From positions 32,001 to 96,000 of the IMG/VR virus record IMGVR_UViG_3300011339_000793: 64,000 nucleotides of DNA, one strand, 5' to 3'. The notes beneath the pieces are model-generated. The model searched no databases. It saw only the letters and a list, made by a program, of their open reading frames with translations, and was not told where the DNA came from. This document shows, one piece after another, positions 36,852 to 45,076 of the stretch. How positions within the stretch are numbered: the stretch's first letter is position 1; each line of letters begins with the position of its first letter. This DNA comes from a virus. The translations under genes and the position numbers were made by a program.

Positions 36852-37803
36852 TGTCGGTTCCCTCCTCCTCTAAATCTGGAAGTAAATCAGCATCTAAACT
36901 TTCATAACCCAACGAGGCTAATAGTGATGCCCTCTTGAAAGGGTCTTCCCCGTTTCTTACTGCACGAAGCCAAGAGGCGCGAATAGCGTGCTCTGCTTCA
37001 TAACCAAAACCTGAATACTCTGCCATAGCAATAATTGCATCTTCTGGGTATTCGTAATCTTCTCTATTACCAAGAACGATTTCAAGTTCTTTGTTTACAG
37101 AATATTCTTGTAACTCTTCTTCTGTAGGACCAAAGTCTTTTTTAATAACTCCATCTGGAAGAACTGCGAATCGGCAAACCCCTAGTGGTTCTACTGGTAA
37201 AGAAATAATCTTGCATTGGTCTCCGCCAGCATACAAAACACAGTTGCCGCAGTGGACGCCAATCTCTTGGTCTTTGTTTTCCGCAGCGGGTGTGTATCCA
37301 GCCCAGATGCCACTCTCGTCCTCGTTAAACTTTCCATACTTCTGAGAAATTTCTATCAGTGCTTGTGCTAAATCTTGTTCTTCTGGAACTAAACCAGCAG
37401 CGGTAACAGATGCGCTCTTTTTTGCAGAGCGAGCGTGGTTTGGTGGAAGCAAATCATTATCTGATTTATAAGCAGAGTTAGTTGGCCTTCCAGACTTAAC
37501 TAACTTGAGGAACGCATTTACACGACCCATTGCCCATTGATTGCGATTCATTCCAGGACGATGAGAAACGGAGTATGCACCAGCACCACGGCGATAAACT
37601 GCTTTGAGTTTTCCTAGAGTAACTTTCTTAGAAGACTTTTCATTGTGAGTTTTTACTTTTTCCTTCAAAGACTTTTCTACAGCAGCAGAAAACTTTACAG
37701 AGCGAGCAACCTTTCCTGTTGCAGCAGAGCCCTTCGAGTTTTTAGATGAACCCTTTACTCTATCTTTTTTAGGAGCAGGAGTTTGAGAAACAGTGCGTGA
37801 CAT
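36844..37803 (-). CDS. Head-module protein: DUF5824-like domain plus HiPIP-like Cys motif
   Basis: LKAVYRRGAGAY..SHRPG...QWAMGRVNAFL (resembles DUF5824 as recalled); VTAAG linker; CGNC-x8-C-x12-C. Confidence 0.65.
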   Translation of the reverse strand: MSRTVSQTPAPKKDRVKGSSKNSKGSAATGKVARSVKFSAAVEKSLKEKVKTHNEKSSKKVTLGKLKAVYRRGAGAYSVSHRPGMNRNQWAMGRVNAFLKLVKSGRPTNSAYKSDNDLLPPNHARSAKKSASVTAAGLVPEEQDLAQALIEISQKYGKFNEDESGIWAGYTPAAENKDQEIGVHCGNCVLYAGGDQCKIISLPVEPLGVCRFAVLPDGVIKKDFGPTEEELQEYSVNKELEIVLGNREDYEYPEDAIIAMAEYSGFGYEAEHAIRASWLRAVRNGEDPFKRASLLASLGYESLDADLLPDLEEEGTDNE

Positions 37804-39563
37804 TACTGCTCTTGCCCTTCTGCTGGTGGTGTTGCAGGTGTGCCTGTCGCTGCTTCCATAATCATCTGGTCTTGTTCAGGAGTTAGTCCTGTCTGAGAGG
37901 CTGCTACTGCTTGCTCTCTAACTTCATTCATAACTTCTGGAGCAAAGGTTGCTAAGAATGTTTCAGTAAGTTCTGGAGTAATAACTCCCTTCTCATAAAG
38001 CATTCGTAGAGCAAATTCGTTTGGAGTAGGTGCATCTGCATCAGAGAAACCGTGAGCACGACGCCACGCTGCTTGGCTAACAACGCCTCTGTCATATCCA
38101 GAGTCTGCATCCATAGCACGGTCATTGCGTGTAGAAACTTGTGAAGGGTCATACCAAACAACAACCTTCTCAACTTCGGCAGGGCTGTATCCCTGTGCTA
38201 CTAGATATGGACGAAGATAAACAATTGTTAGTGCATCAGCAATAAGTAGCATCAAAGGTTCAATGTGAGCCTTGTATAGGGACTCATCAATTTGAAGCGC
38301 ATTGGAATACTTAACATTTGCAAGACCTGTAACAACATCCTTTGGAACATCAAGTCCCTGCAAGATACGTTCTAGAACACGGTCAGCACGTTGAACTAGT
38401 GTTGCATCGAAAGAACGCTCGAACTTAAATTGCTTAATTTTTTCGCCAAGTTCGGCTGGACCACGAATGATAAGAGGAACAACTGCTGATGCTGACTCTT
38501 CATCACGAATAGGAGTCGTCATAGCATCAATTAGTTGCTCTTCAAACTCGTCTTCTGCCTCTTCGGCAACAAACTGAGGATTCAATTCGTTATCTGTATC
38601 GTATGGATAGTCTGGGTCGCCACCTGATGCAACTGATAAACCATCTGGTAAATAAAGTGCGCCAGCGTTTAGGCGAGAGCGTGCTGTTGCACGGAAAGTT
38701 CTGTTAAGAAGAAGTAGTTCGGCGCAAAGGTCAAGCAAACCACGAAGTGATGAATCTGCTTCATCTGAATAACGAGGATGTGAACGCCAGATACGACCAA
38801 CAAACGCACCGTTCGTTAGTTTTTTAACTCCAACAGCATTTTGTGCGCCGTATTGTTCACGACGAGAAATAACGTTGTATCCACCGCGAGCATCTGTTGT
38901 AACTTCATCAATAGAACGAATGTCCCAAGACTCTGGAAGTCCAGTTCCCTTTAGTTCTGGCATTTGAACTAAATAACATTCTCCAGCAACTGAAAGATTT
39001 AGAGCAGCATCACGAAGAAGCCCTGCTTGTCCGCCATATGCAGAATCTAAACGAGCAAGTGCTCGTTCTGCTGCTGCTGCGAGTTTAGGGTCAATCGTTG
39101 AGGAATCTCTTACAGATGCTGGAGAGTCTGAAGGATTGTCAATAACTGCTGCATAAATACGAATACGAGAAACAACGGATGCAACTAAATTAAAAGCGTA
39201 TTTGATTTCTCCAATAGCATCATAATATTCCCAGGCTTCTGCTTGCCAAGCCGATGACGCTGCAGCACGCCGATTTCTAAACTGTTCAAACTCCCCTTTA
39301 TCATTTATCTTTAGTTGAACTGCTGCTGCTGTTAGTGTTCTTGGAGTTGAATATGATACTGACTGAGCAGGATTAGAAATAAATACTGATGCTGGTCCAG
39401 TTACTTTTGGAGTTGTATATAAAACTTGAGTAGAACGACTGCTTCTGCGTCGTGAATTCTTTTTGGATTTAGGAGTATCTTTTTGTTTTGCTGGTGCCGG
39501 TTGCGCTGGCTGTTCTTCGCCGCGTTGAAAAACGCTCATAGACTTACTCCTTGTCTTTTTCAC
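37803..39563 (-). CDS. Portal protein
   Basis: 586 aa; WQAEAWEYYDAIGEIKY, LSVAGECYL, RIWRSHP, LN.GALYLP, IPD-like SAVVPLII, LDVPKDVVTG motifs of actinophage portals. Confidence 0.85.
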   Translation of the reverse strand: MKKTRSKSMSVFQRGEEQPAQPAPAKQKDTPKSKKNSRRRSSRSTQVLYTTPKVTGPASVFISNPAQSVSYSTPRTLTAAAVQLKINDKGEFEQFRNRRAAASSAWQAEAWEYYDAIGEIKYAFNLVASVVSRIRIYAAVIDNPSDSPASVRDSSTIDPKLAAAAERALARLDSAYGGQAGLLRDAALNLSVAGECYLVQMPELKGTGLPESWDIRSIDEVTTDARGGYNVISRREQYGAQNAVGVKKLTNGAFVGRIWRSHPRYSDEADSSLRGLLDLCAELLLLNRTFRATARSRLNAGALYLPDGLSVASGGDPDYPYDTDNELNPQFVAEEAEDEFEEQLIDAMTTPIRDEESASAVVPLIIRGPAELGEKIKQFKFERSFDATLVQRADRVLERILQGLDVPKDVVTGLANVKYSNALQIDESLYKAHIEPLMLLIADALTIVYLRPYLVAQGYSPAEVEKVVVWYDPSQVSTRNDRAMDADSGYDRGVVSQAAWRRAHGFSDADAPTPNEFALRMLYEKGVITPELTETFLATFAPEVMNEVREQAVAASQTGLTPEQDQMIMEAATGTPATPPAEGQEQ

Positions 39564-39573
39564 GGAATACGAA

Positions 39574-39876
39574 TCAATCTCTATCTTCGTATGCGGCTAA
39601 AAGGCCCGCCACGGCTGATAGTCCTAAGACTATACAAATGTAGAGGGTTACCTTAGGCATAATAATACTTGATAGAACGACTATTGATGCTGTCCAAACG
39701 CTCATACACCACATACAAGTGAATAGATATCCAAGCCCCCCTCTCTCTGGCTTAAACTTTTTCCAGATTAGATTTCTGACCGAAGAGAAGATTTCATCTC
39801 GTGTCAAGAAACGAGCAAGACGGTATGTAGCCAATGCCCCAATAAGGAAGCCGAAAAAATCAGTTGTTATCATCAT
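39574..39876 (-). CDS. DUF1360-like membrane protein
   Basis: ALATYRL.RF.T.D, LGYLFTC.WC.SVW, two to three TM helices. Confidence 0.75.
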   Translation of the reverse strand: MMITTDFFGFLIGALATYRLARFLTRDEIFSSVRNLIWKKFKPERGGLGYLFTCMWCMSVWTASIVVLSSIIMPKVTLYICIVLGLSAVAGLLAAYEDRD

Positions 39877-40225
39877 CAGCCATAATAACGCTTCCGTATG
39901 GATACCAGGACCTTAGACGCGACCCGCAGCCACAATTCTCATCTTTTCTAAAAACTATATTTTTATCGCCAACTGTCAGAACTCTATGGAGTTTGCCCTC
40001 TTTATTGTATGAAAGTATTTTTTCTTGGAAAACGAGTTTAGGACCTTCAGGAGAATCAATGGCGATAAGAATGGTTTCATCAACTACTACCACCCGCGCC
40101 TTGTCTACTCTACGAGTTCCCTCAGGGGCGTCTCCGCCTGTAGGTAGAAACAACTCTAAAGAGCCCGTAAAACCTTCAGGGGCCAAAGCCGCTCTTGCTG
40201 GAAAAACGTCTGCATGAACTCTCAC
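39860..40225 (-). CDS. Hypothetical protein
   Basis: 121 aa, C-terminal CGCGSRLRSW; overlaps neighbours by a few bp. Confidence 0.65.
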   Translation of the reverse strand: MRVHADVFPARAALAPEGFTGSLELFLPTGGDAPEGTRRVDKARVVVVDETILIAIDSPEGPKLVFQEKILSYNKEGKLHRVLTVGDKNIVFRKDENCGCGSRLRSWYPYGSVIMADDDNN

Positions 40226-40569
40226 TTAAACTCCTTATACTCGGTTGGGATATAAAAGTTTTCCCAGCCAAGATATTGTTTTGCCATAGCAATTGGGACT
40301 AGGAGAGGTTTCTCTCTAGTTGCTTTTCCTCCGAACAGAACTTCATCAATCTCCTCAGAACTTCTAGCAACCTGACAATACATCCACGACTCAATGGTTT
40401 GTAGAATCTCTAGAGGAAAAGCGATGGGGTATACAGATTTATCGGAGGTAAGAGTCTCTAGTGGTCTTGCGTTAGGTCGAGCCTTTTCTTTTTTAGGGTT
40501 AGACCATATTGCAATAACCATTTCATTCTCTGAATATGTTCCTGAAGATGTCTTATAGGTTCTAGCCAT
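40222..40569 (-). CDS. Hypothetical protein
   Basis: 115 aa, coupled to neighbours. Confidence 0.65.
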   Translation of the reverse strand: MARTYKTSSGTYSENEMVIAIWSNPKKEKARPNARPLETLTSDKSVYPIAFPLEILQTIESWMYCQVARSSEEIDEVLFGGKATREKPLLVPIAMAKQYLGWENFYIPTEYKEFK

Positions 40570-41062
40570 TAGATAAGCGCCTTGCTATTGCTCTATAAGT
40601 AACTCCTGCTGCCTCAGCAATGTCTGCGGCTGGAATACCTCTGTTGTATAACATACGAGCAAGGTGGGTAAACTCTTGATTAGCGATGGCTAGCGGGCTA
40701 TCTGGAGCCGTTTTAGACCTATACCTGTTGGCTAGGCTTGCTAATTCTTTTAGACGCGGCTTGAGGTCTGCTGGAACGCTTGGAGATATAGAGCGTAGTC
40801 GAGGGGTGCTGAGTAGCGGTGCCGTAGAGGTCAAAGACTTAGGTGGAGTTGGCGGTAAAGGCCTTCTCTGCTCTTGAGTGGTGGCGTTTTGAACCCAGAA
40901 GTGAACTGTTGATTTAGGTTTCTTTGGTTCGAGGGAGTTGGCCATAATCCCTAAAGACCAGCCTGATTCCCAGAGGGCTTTCAGACGTCCGTGAAGTAGG
41001 TCCGTTGGGAGTGAAGAAAGAAATCTCACCTCATCTGCTGGGAGTTTTATCTTCTTCTTCAT
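40562..41062 (-). CDS. Tandem helix-turn-helix DNA-binding protein (probably leaderless)
   Basis: GWSLGIMA and GIPAADIAEAAGVTYRAIARRL HTH-like segments; TAAGAT 6 nt before ATG and no SD. Confidence 0.7.
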   Translation of the reverse strand: MKKKIKLPADEVRFLSSLPTDLLHGRLKALWESGWSLGIMANSLEPKKPKSTVHFWVQNATTQEQRRPLPPTPPKSLTSTAPLLSTPRLRSISPSVPADLKPRLKELASLANRYRSKTAPDSPLAIANQEFTHLARMLYNRGIPAADIAEAAGVTYRAIARRLSNG

Positions 41063-41336
41063 ATGCTTATCTTACAGTAAATAATAAACCCGTACATAGT
41101 CCTAATCACCATTTCTATTGGACGAAGGAAAAGAAAATATGAATGTTTCCAAAAAATGCTTTTGGCCTGTGAGATGGAAGTAGTAGTATTTAGCGTTCGA
41201 CCAAATCGTTTCCAAAGTCTTTTTTATAATCTATAAACAATTTGTTTTTGTTTGATTTCTTCTGACAAAGGGCTCTTGTTTTTTATTTTTATTTGTTTGT
41301 CTGGAAACCTTCCTACCTTTCATTGTGTAAATAGTC

Positions 41337-41363
41337 AAAGTTGAGCCAATACGACTCAACTTT
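41337..41363. repeat. 9-bp inverted repeat in AT-rich intergenic region
   Basis: AAAGTTGAG-N9-CTCAACTTT. Confidence 0.7.
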
Positions 41364-41506
41364 ATGACTTGAGAATAGTTTTTTGTTTTGTTCTTGTTTT
41401 ATAATTTACTTTTTAGTTATCTATAAAGTTTTGTTTAGAAAAAATGTTTGACTTATCTATGATGTTTTATTTATAAACTATAAATCTTTACTAGAGAGTC
41501 AAGGTG

Positions 41507-41612
41507 CTACTAACTAGTAGGCTCTGACTACTAACACTCTTACTACTGGCTAGTAGGTCTAGTGATACTGACTAGTAGCCTAGAGGGTAGGGGTCTTGCT
41601 ACTGGCTAGTAG
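41507..41612. repeat. Four palindromic CTACT-N4-AGTAG boxes
   Basis: 41507, 41543, 41565 (1 mismatch), 41599. Confidence 0.85.
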
Positions 41613-41626
41613 CCTACCTACCTGCC

Positions 41627-41654
41627 TTGACAAAGGCTCTAGCCTATGTAAGAT
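41627..41654 (+). promoter_or_regulatory. sigma70-type promoter
   Basis: TTGACA-N16-TAAGAT. Confidence 0.55.
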
Positions 41655-41683
41655 AACTAACAGGGGGTAGGCGTGTCTATGAC

Positions 41684-41737
41684 TTGACAGGGCTTATAGG
41701 TAGTGTAGTCTTATCTCATAAGCACAAGGGGTGCTTA
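41684..41737 (+). promoter_or_regulatory. Early promoter plus conserved 5' hairpin, copy 1
   Basis: TTGACA-N16-TAGTCT then TAAGCAC-AAGGG-GTGCTTA. Confidence 0.8.
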
Positions 41738-41758
41738 GGAATACGAAAGGGAAAACAA

Positions 41759-41980
41759 ATGGCACAACACGGAGTAAGTATTACAACAGAAGGACACCAC
41801 TATAACTTCGTAGTAGATACAACCCCTCAGGTTAGGGAACTACTGCTAGGCACTACCGCACCTATTAGTGAGGTAATTGTTATGGAGGAAGGCTACGGCA
41901 AGGAAGCCCGTATGCTAACAGCCGAGGAAATCTTGGCTATTATCCTCAACCACCCTAAACAGGCATTATCTCTAGCCTAA
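41759..41980 (+). CDS. Small early protein (73 aa; start revised to 41759)
   Basis: SD GAAAGGG before ATG; own promoter and terminator. Confidence 0.75.
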   Translation: MAQHGVSITTEGHHYNFVVDTTPQVRELLLGTTAPISEVIVMEEGYGKEARMLTAEEILAIILNHPKQALSLA

Positions 41981-41993
41981 TAGACTAGGCAAG

Positions 41994-42021
41994 GAAGCCC
42001 CCGAGAGGGGGCTTTTTTGTT
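41994..42021 (+). terminator. Intrinsic terminator
   Basis: aagccccc-gaga-gggggctt followed by T-run. Confidence 0.85.
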
Positions 42022-42054
42022 ATCAAATTGTTATCTAAATCACCTGAAATCAAC

Positions 42055-42109
42055 TTGACACGCTTACCCGCATAGCATAGTCTTATCTCATAAGCACAAG
42101 GGGTGCTTA
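42055..42109 (+). promoter_or_regulatory. Early promoter plus conserved 5' hairpin, copy 2
   Basis: TTGACA-N17-TAGTCT; 32 nt identical to copy 1. Confidence 0.85.
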
Positions 42110-42125
42110 CAAAGGGGGCAACACA

Positions 42126-42293
42126 ATGGAAGGTCTAACACTAGACACAGAATTCTCAACAATGGGAATGACTTTCGAGGGCGAAGAACCCGCAAAACTA
42201 AAAGTAAATAAGAAGGCTCGCTATTGCGAGTGTGGCACTAAACTCTCAATGTATAACCTAGAGAGTGCTTGCTACCGCCACCAAAGAAACTAA
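42126..42293 (+). CDS. 55-aa Cys/His protein (not in ORF track)
   Basis: MEGLTLD...YCECGTKLSMYNLESACYRHQRN; SD AAAGGGGG; own promoter and terminator. Confidence 0.75.
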   Translation: MEGLTLDTEFSTMGMTFEGEEPAKLKVNKKARYCECGTKLSMYNLESACYRHQRN

Positions 42294-42303
42294 GACTCAG
42301 AGA

Positions 42304-42331
42304 GAAGCCCCTCCGCAAGGAGGGGTTTTTC
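42304..42331 (+). terminator. Intrinsic terminator
   Basis: aagcccctcc-gcaa-ggaggggttt followed by T-run. Confidence 0.85.
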
Positions 42332-42475
42332 TTTCCCCCGAGTGGAGTAGCAAAAAGTAAAAAACAAACAAAGCGAGGGCAAAGAAACAAAAATTGTTCA
42401 TAGTGAGCAAAGCCGGCACCCGAGTATTTTTCTGACACGGCAAAGAAAAGTGATAGACAACACACCCCCCTAGAC

Positions 42476-42530
42476 TTGACAAGCGTGTAGAACTATTATA
42501 GTATTTACTCATAAGCACAAGGAGTGCTTA
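42476..42530 (+). promoter_or_regulatory. Early promoter plus conserved 5' hairpin, copy 3
   Basis: TTGACA-N17-TAGTAT; 28/32 nt match to copies 1 and 2. Confidence 0.85.
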
Positions 42531-42546
42531 TAGAAAAGGAAAGAAA

Positions 42547-42705
42547 ATGAAAGGGCTACCTGATAGTGCGGTAGTAGGAACCTATAAGAGGCTTGCCCGC
42601 AAGCCACGCCGTGGTCGTAGTCATAAAGACGAACAGTATTACCAAGATGTAGCAGACATTATGAACGGCTGGATTTACAAACTAACTAGTTTCTTTAGAC
42701 GATAA
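42547..42705 (+). CDS. 52-aa basic protein, paralog of 49784-49960 (not in ORF track)
   Basis: MKGLPDSAVVGTYKRLARKPRRGRSHKDEQYYQDVADIMNGWIYKLTSFFRR; SD GAAAAGGA. Confidence 0.8.
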   Translation: MKGLPDSAVVGTYKRLARKPRRGRSHKDEQYYQDVADIMNGWIYKLTSFFRR

Positions 42706-42712
42706 CCGCAAC

Positions 42713-42741
42713 TTGACAAAAGAGAAAGTAGCAGAGATACT
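42713..42741 (+). promoter_or_regulatory. sigma70-type promoter, probably for a leaderless mRNA starting at ATG 42748
   Basis: TTGACA-N17-GATACT, 6 nt before the second ATG; no SD. Confidence 0.55.
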
Positions 42742-43971
42742 ATGCCTATGAAACCAACAGACGCACTAGACATACTTTCAGACTTCAAGGCACGGAGTAA
42801 AGACCGCCTATGGCAAGATGTAGTTAGACAAAACATTGCCATTAGTAATGGGGCTAAGTTTATCGGTGGACAGGTAGTAGAGGTAAGGGACAAACTATTA
42901 TCAGACCAACAAGATAAGAAAGAAAATACAGTTATTGAAAGTCTTGCCCGTATAGGTTTATCGGCAGAGTGTTTCTTTATCAAAGACGAAATGACAGACC
43001 TAGTGTTGTTCGCTTCTCAAAAACTAGATGATACAGATTTGCTTGACACAGAACTAGCACCCGCAGACAGAGGATTTGCTTACTTCGAAAAACCTATTCC
43101 GCTTACAGATGTTAGAGGCAGAACTATGTTGATAAACATAATCACTTGGGAAAAAGGTTTAGATAACAAAGGGGTTGCTGGTGTTCACTTCTCTTGCTGG
43201 AACGATACCGCAAAAACTCCTGACGAGTTTGCTTTAGAAATTATGGCAAAGGGTAATGATAGTAAAGACTATAAAGACTTTATAAGAAAGATAGGTCGCT
43301 TTCATTGGACACTAAGCACTTCGGCAACTAACGGCACTATCGTTGGAACTAAACAACTAGATTTATCAGAAGAACAACTAGAACAAATACGAAGAAGCAC
43401 TTTCAGAAATAGTTATGGCGCATTGAACCCTCAACCAACCCTCAACGACTTAGAGGTTGTTGAAAAGATAACAAAGATGACAACACTTGAGAAAAATAAG
43501 TTATCCAAAGACGAAGCCACAGGTTTACAAGAAGAGTTAGGGTATGAACTACTTTCTGATGAAGAGTGGGAAGACTATAAACAACGAATAGTGTCTAGCC
43601 CAACAAACATAACCCGCATACTTCACGCTTACTGGCTACTTATGTCGCAGACGATTGTCGAGAGAGCAAAAGAAACTGGCGATAGAACACAACGCAGACG
43701 ATTGGCAAGAGAGAGTGTTCCTACCGAGGTTGTTGTTATTCAATTCCGCAAGCGTAAGTATTACAACGAAAAAGGCGAAGAAACCGAAGACAGTAAGAAA
43801 ATAGATTGGTCGCACAGGTGGCTAGTCGGTGGTCATTGGCGTTGGCAACCATACAAAGACCCCGTAAGTGGTGGCGAAATCAAAAAGCGTATTTGGATTA
43901 GTCCTTATGTAAAAGGTCCGGAAGATAAACCGCTAGTGATGAAGGACAGGGTTTATGTGCTGGCTAAGTAG
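42742..43971 (+). CDS. Hypothetical protein with C-terminal VRGHWR-like putative nucleic-acid-binding motif
   Basis: 409 aa; HRWLVGGHWRWQPY...IWISPYVKGP. Confidence 0.75.
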   Translation: MPMKPTDALDILSDFKARSKDRLWQDVVRQNIAISNGAKFIGGQVVEVRDKLLSDQQDKKENTVIESLARIGLSAECFFIKDEMTDLVLFASQKLDDTDLLDTELAPADRGFAYFEKPIPLTDVRGRTMLINIITWEKGLDNKGVAGVHFSCWNDTAKTPDEFALEIMAKGNDSKDYKDFIRKIGRFHWTLSTSATNGTIVGTKQLDLSEEQLEQIRRSTFRNSYGALNPQPTLNDLEVVEKITKMTTLEKNKLSKDEATGLQEELGYELLSDEEWEDYKQRIVSSPTNITRILHAYWLLMSQTIVERAKETGDRTQRRRLARESVPTEVVVIQFRKRKYYNEKGEETEDSKKIDWSHRWLVGGHWRWQPYKDPVSGGEIKKRIWISPYVKGPEDKPLVMKDRVYVLAK

Positions 43972-43995
43972 GAAAAAGCAAACGGCATAAACAAT

Positions 43996-44024
43996 TTGAC
44001 AAGCAAGAGATTACTATGTAGTAT
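43996..44024 (+). promoter_or_regulatory. sigma70-type promoter
   Basis: TTGACA-N17-TAGTAT, SD GAAAGGA downstream. Confidence 0.8.
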
Positions 44025-44046
44025 TCTCCTAAACGAAAGGAAATAA

Positions 44047-44712
44047 ATGACGAAGAGAAACTTCAGGACAAATCCTGAACAGATGAGAAAGGCGCACTCT
44101 GCCCGCGAGGTGAACAGATACCCGCGAGTAAAGGCGATTAGTCCTGCTCTAAGCGGAACTATAAACAAACTTGGGCAGACACTACCGCAAGAGGTTGTTG
44201 ATGCTTTCGCAGATTGTACATACGAGGAACGCTCGAACTACATACACGAACTAATTGACAAGGGCTGGACACAAGCAAGCATTGGTAGAGCGTGTGGACT
44301 TTCAAGAGAAAGCATTAGACAAATCTCTAACGCAACTAAACACAACACTCAAACGAACTATCCTCTGCCCGAACCTCCACGCTATCCAATAGCGCAGAAG
44401 GTTGTCTATACAGAGCCACCCGCAGAGATGTTGGAACGACTAAAAGAACTTCAACCCTATGCTCAGAAGGTTAGGTCTTCCTCTCCTAAGTTTCGTGCCG
44501 AGGCTGAGGAATACACTTACTTACTAAATGAGGCAACTAAACTGGGAACTACGGTTTATCGTCTTGGTAAGTTATTGGGTATAACTCCTTCCGCAATTCA
44601 ATTTAGATTGGTAAGGTATGGCTATCGCACAAGCGAAGGAGAGAGTCGCTCTTACACAAAGATTGTAGAAAAGAACAAACTCAACAAGACAGAAGAAATG
44701 GTAAATGGCTAA
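44047..44712 (+). CDS. Tandem HTH DNA-binding protein, paralog of 40562-41062
   Basis: GWTQASIGRACGLSRESIRQ and GTTVYRLGKLLGITPSAIQFRL. Confidence 0.8.
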   Translation: MTKRNFRTNPEQMRKAHSAREVNRYPRVKAISPALSGTINKLGQTLPQEVVDAFADCTYEERSNYIHELIDKGWTQASIGRACGLSRESIRQISNATKHNTQTNYPLPEPPRYPIAQKVVYTEPPAEMLERLKELQPYAQKVRSSSPKFRAEAEEYTYLLNEATKLGTTVYRLGKLLGITPSAIQFRLVRYGYRTSEGESRSYTKIVEKNKLNKTEEMVNG

Positions 44713-45070
44713 ACCGAAACCCTGCCCTAGATGTGGTAAATGGTATAACCCGCGCTTCTCTGGAACAGAAGAGATGTGCGGGTTCTGCTTCGTAAAAGAA
44801 AGAATAAGCGAACCAAAAGAAGAGTTAGATGATAAGCAAAAAGTAAAAATTGAAACAAAACAGCCGGTGATAGCAACAAAACCACGAACAACTTTACGAC
44901 CTGCAACTAAAAATGCAGTGATTAAAGACGAAGAGTTCCTGGGAACTTGTAGTAAATGTGGATTACAGGTTGTAGGTTCTGAGGTTTATCACTCGGAACT
45001 AGGCTGGATTTTTTCTTGGGCTCATCAAAATGCTGACCGCACAAGAGCAAGTTTATGTTTGATTGCTTGA
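44705..45070 (+). CDS. Zn-finger-like hypothetical protein
   Basis: CPRC...CGFC and CSKC...H...C. Confidence 0.65.
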   Translation: MAKPKPCPRCGKWYNPRFSGTEEMCGFCFVKERISEPKEELDDKQKVKIETKQPVIATKPRTTLRPATKNAVIKDEEFLGTCSKCGLQVVGSEVYHSELGWIFSWAHQNADRTRASLCLIA

Positions 45071-45076
45071 CAAAGT

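Noticed and set aside
41706-42530. Three 32-nt palindromic repeats as a CRISPR mini-array
   Set aside because: Spacing is 370-420 bp and each gap holds an ORF, terminator and promoter; the repeat overlaps a -10 box; no cas genes.
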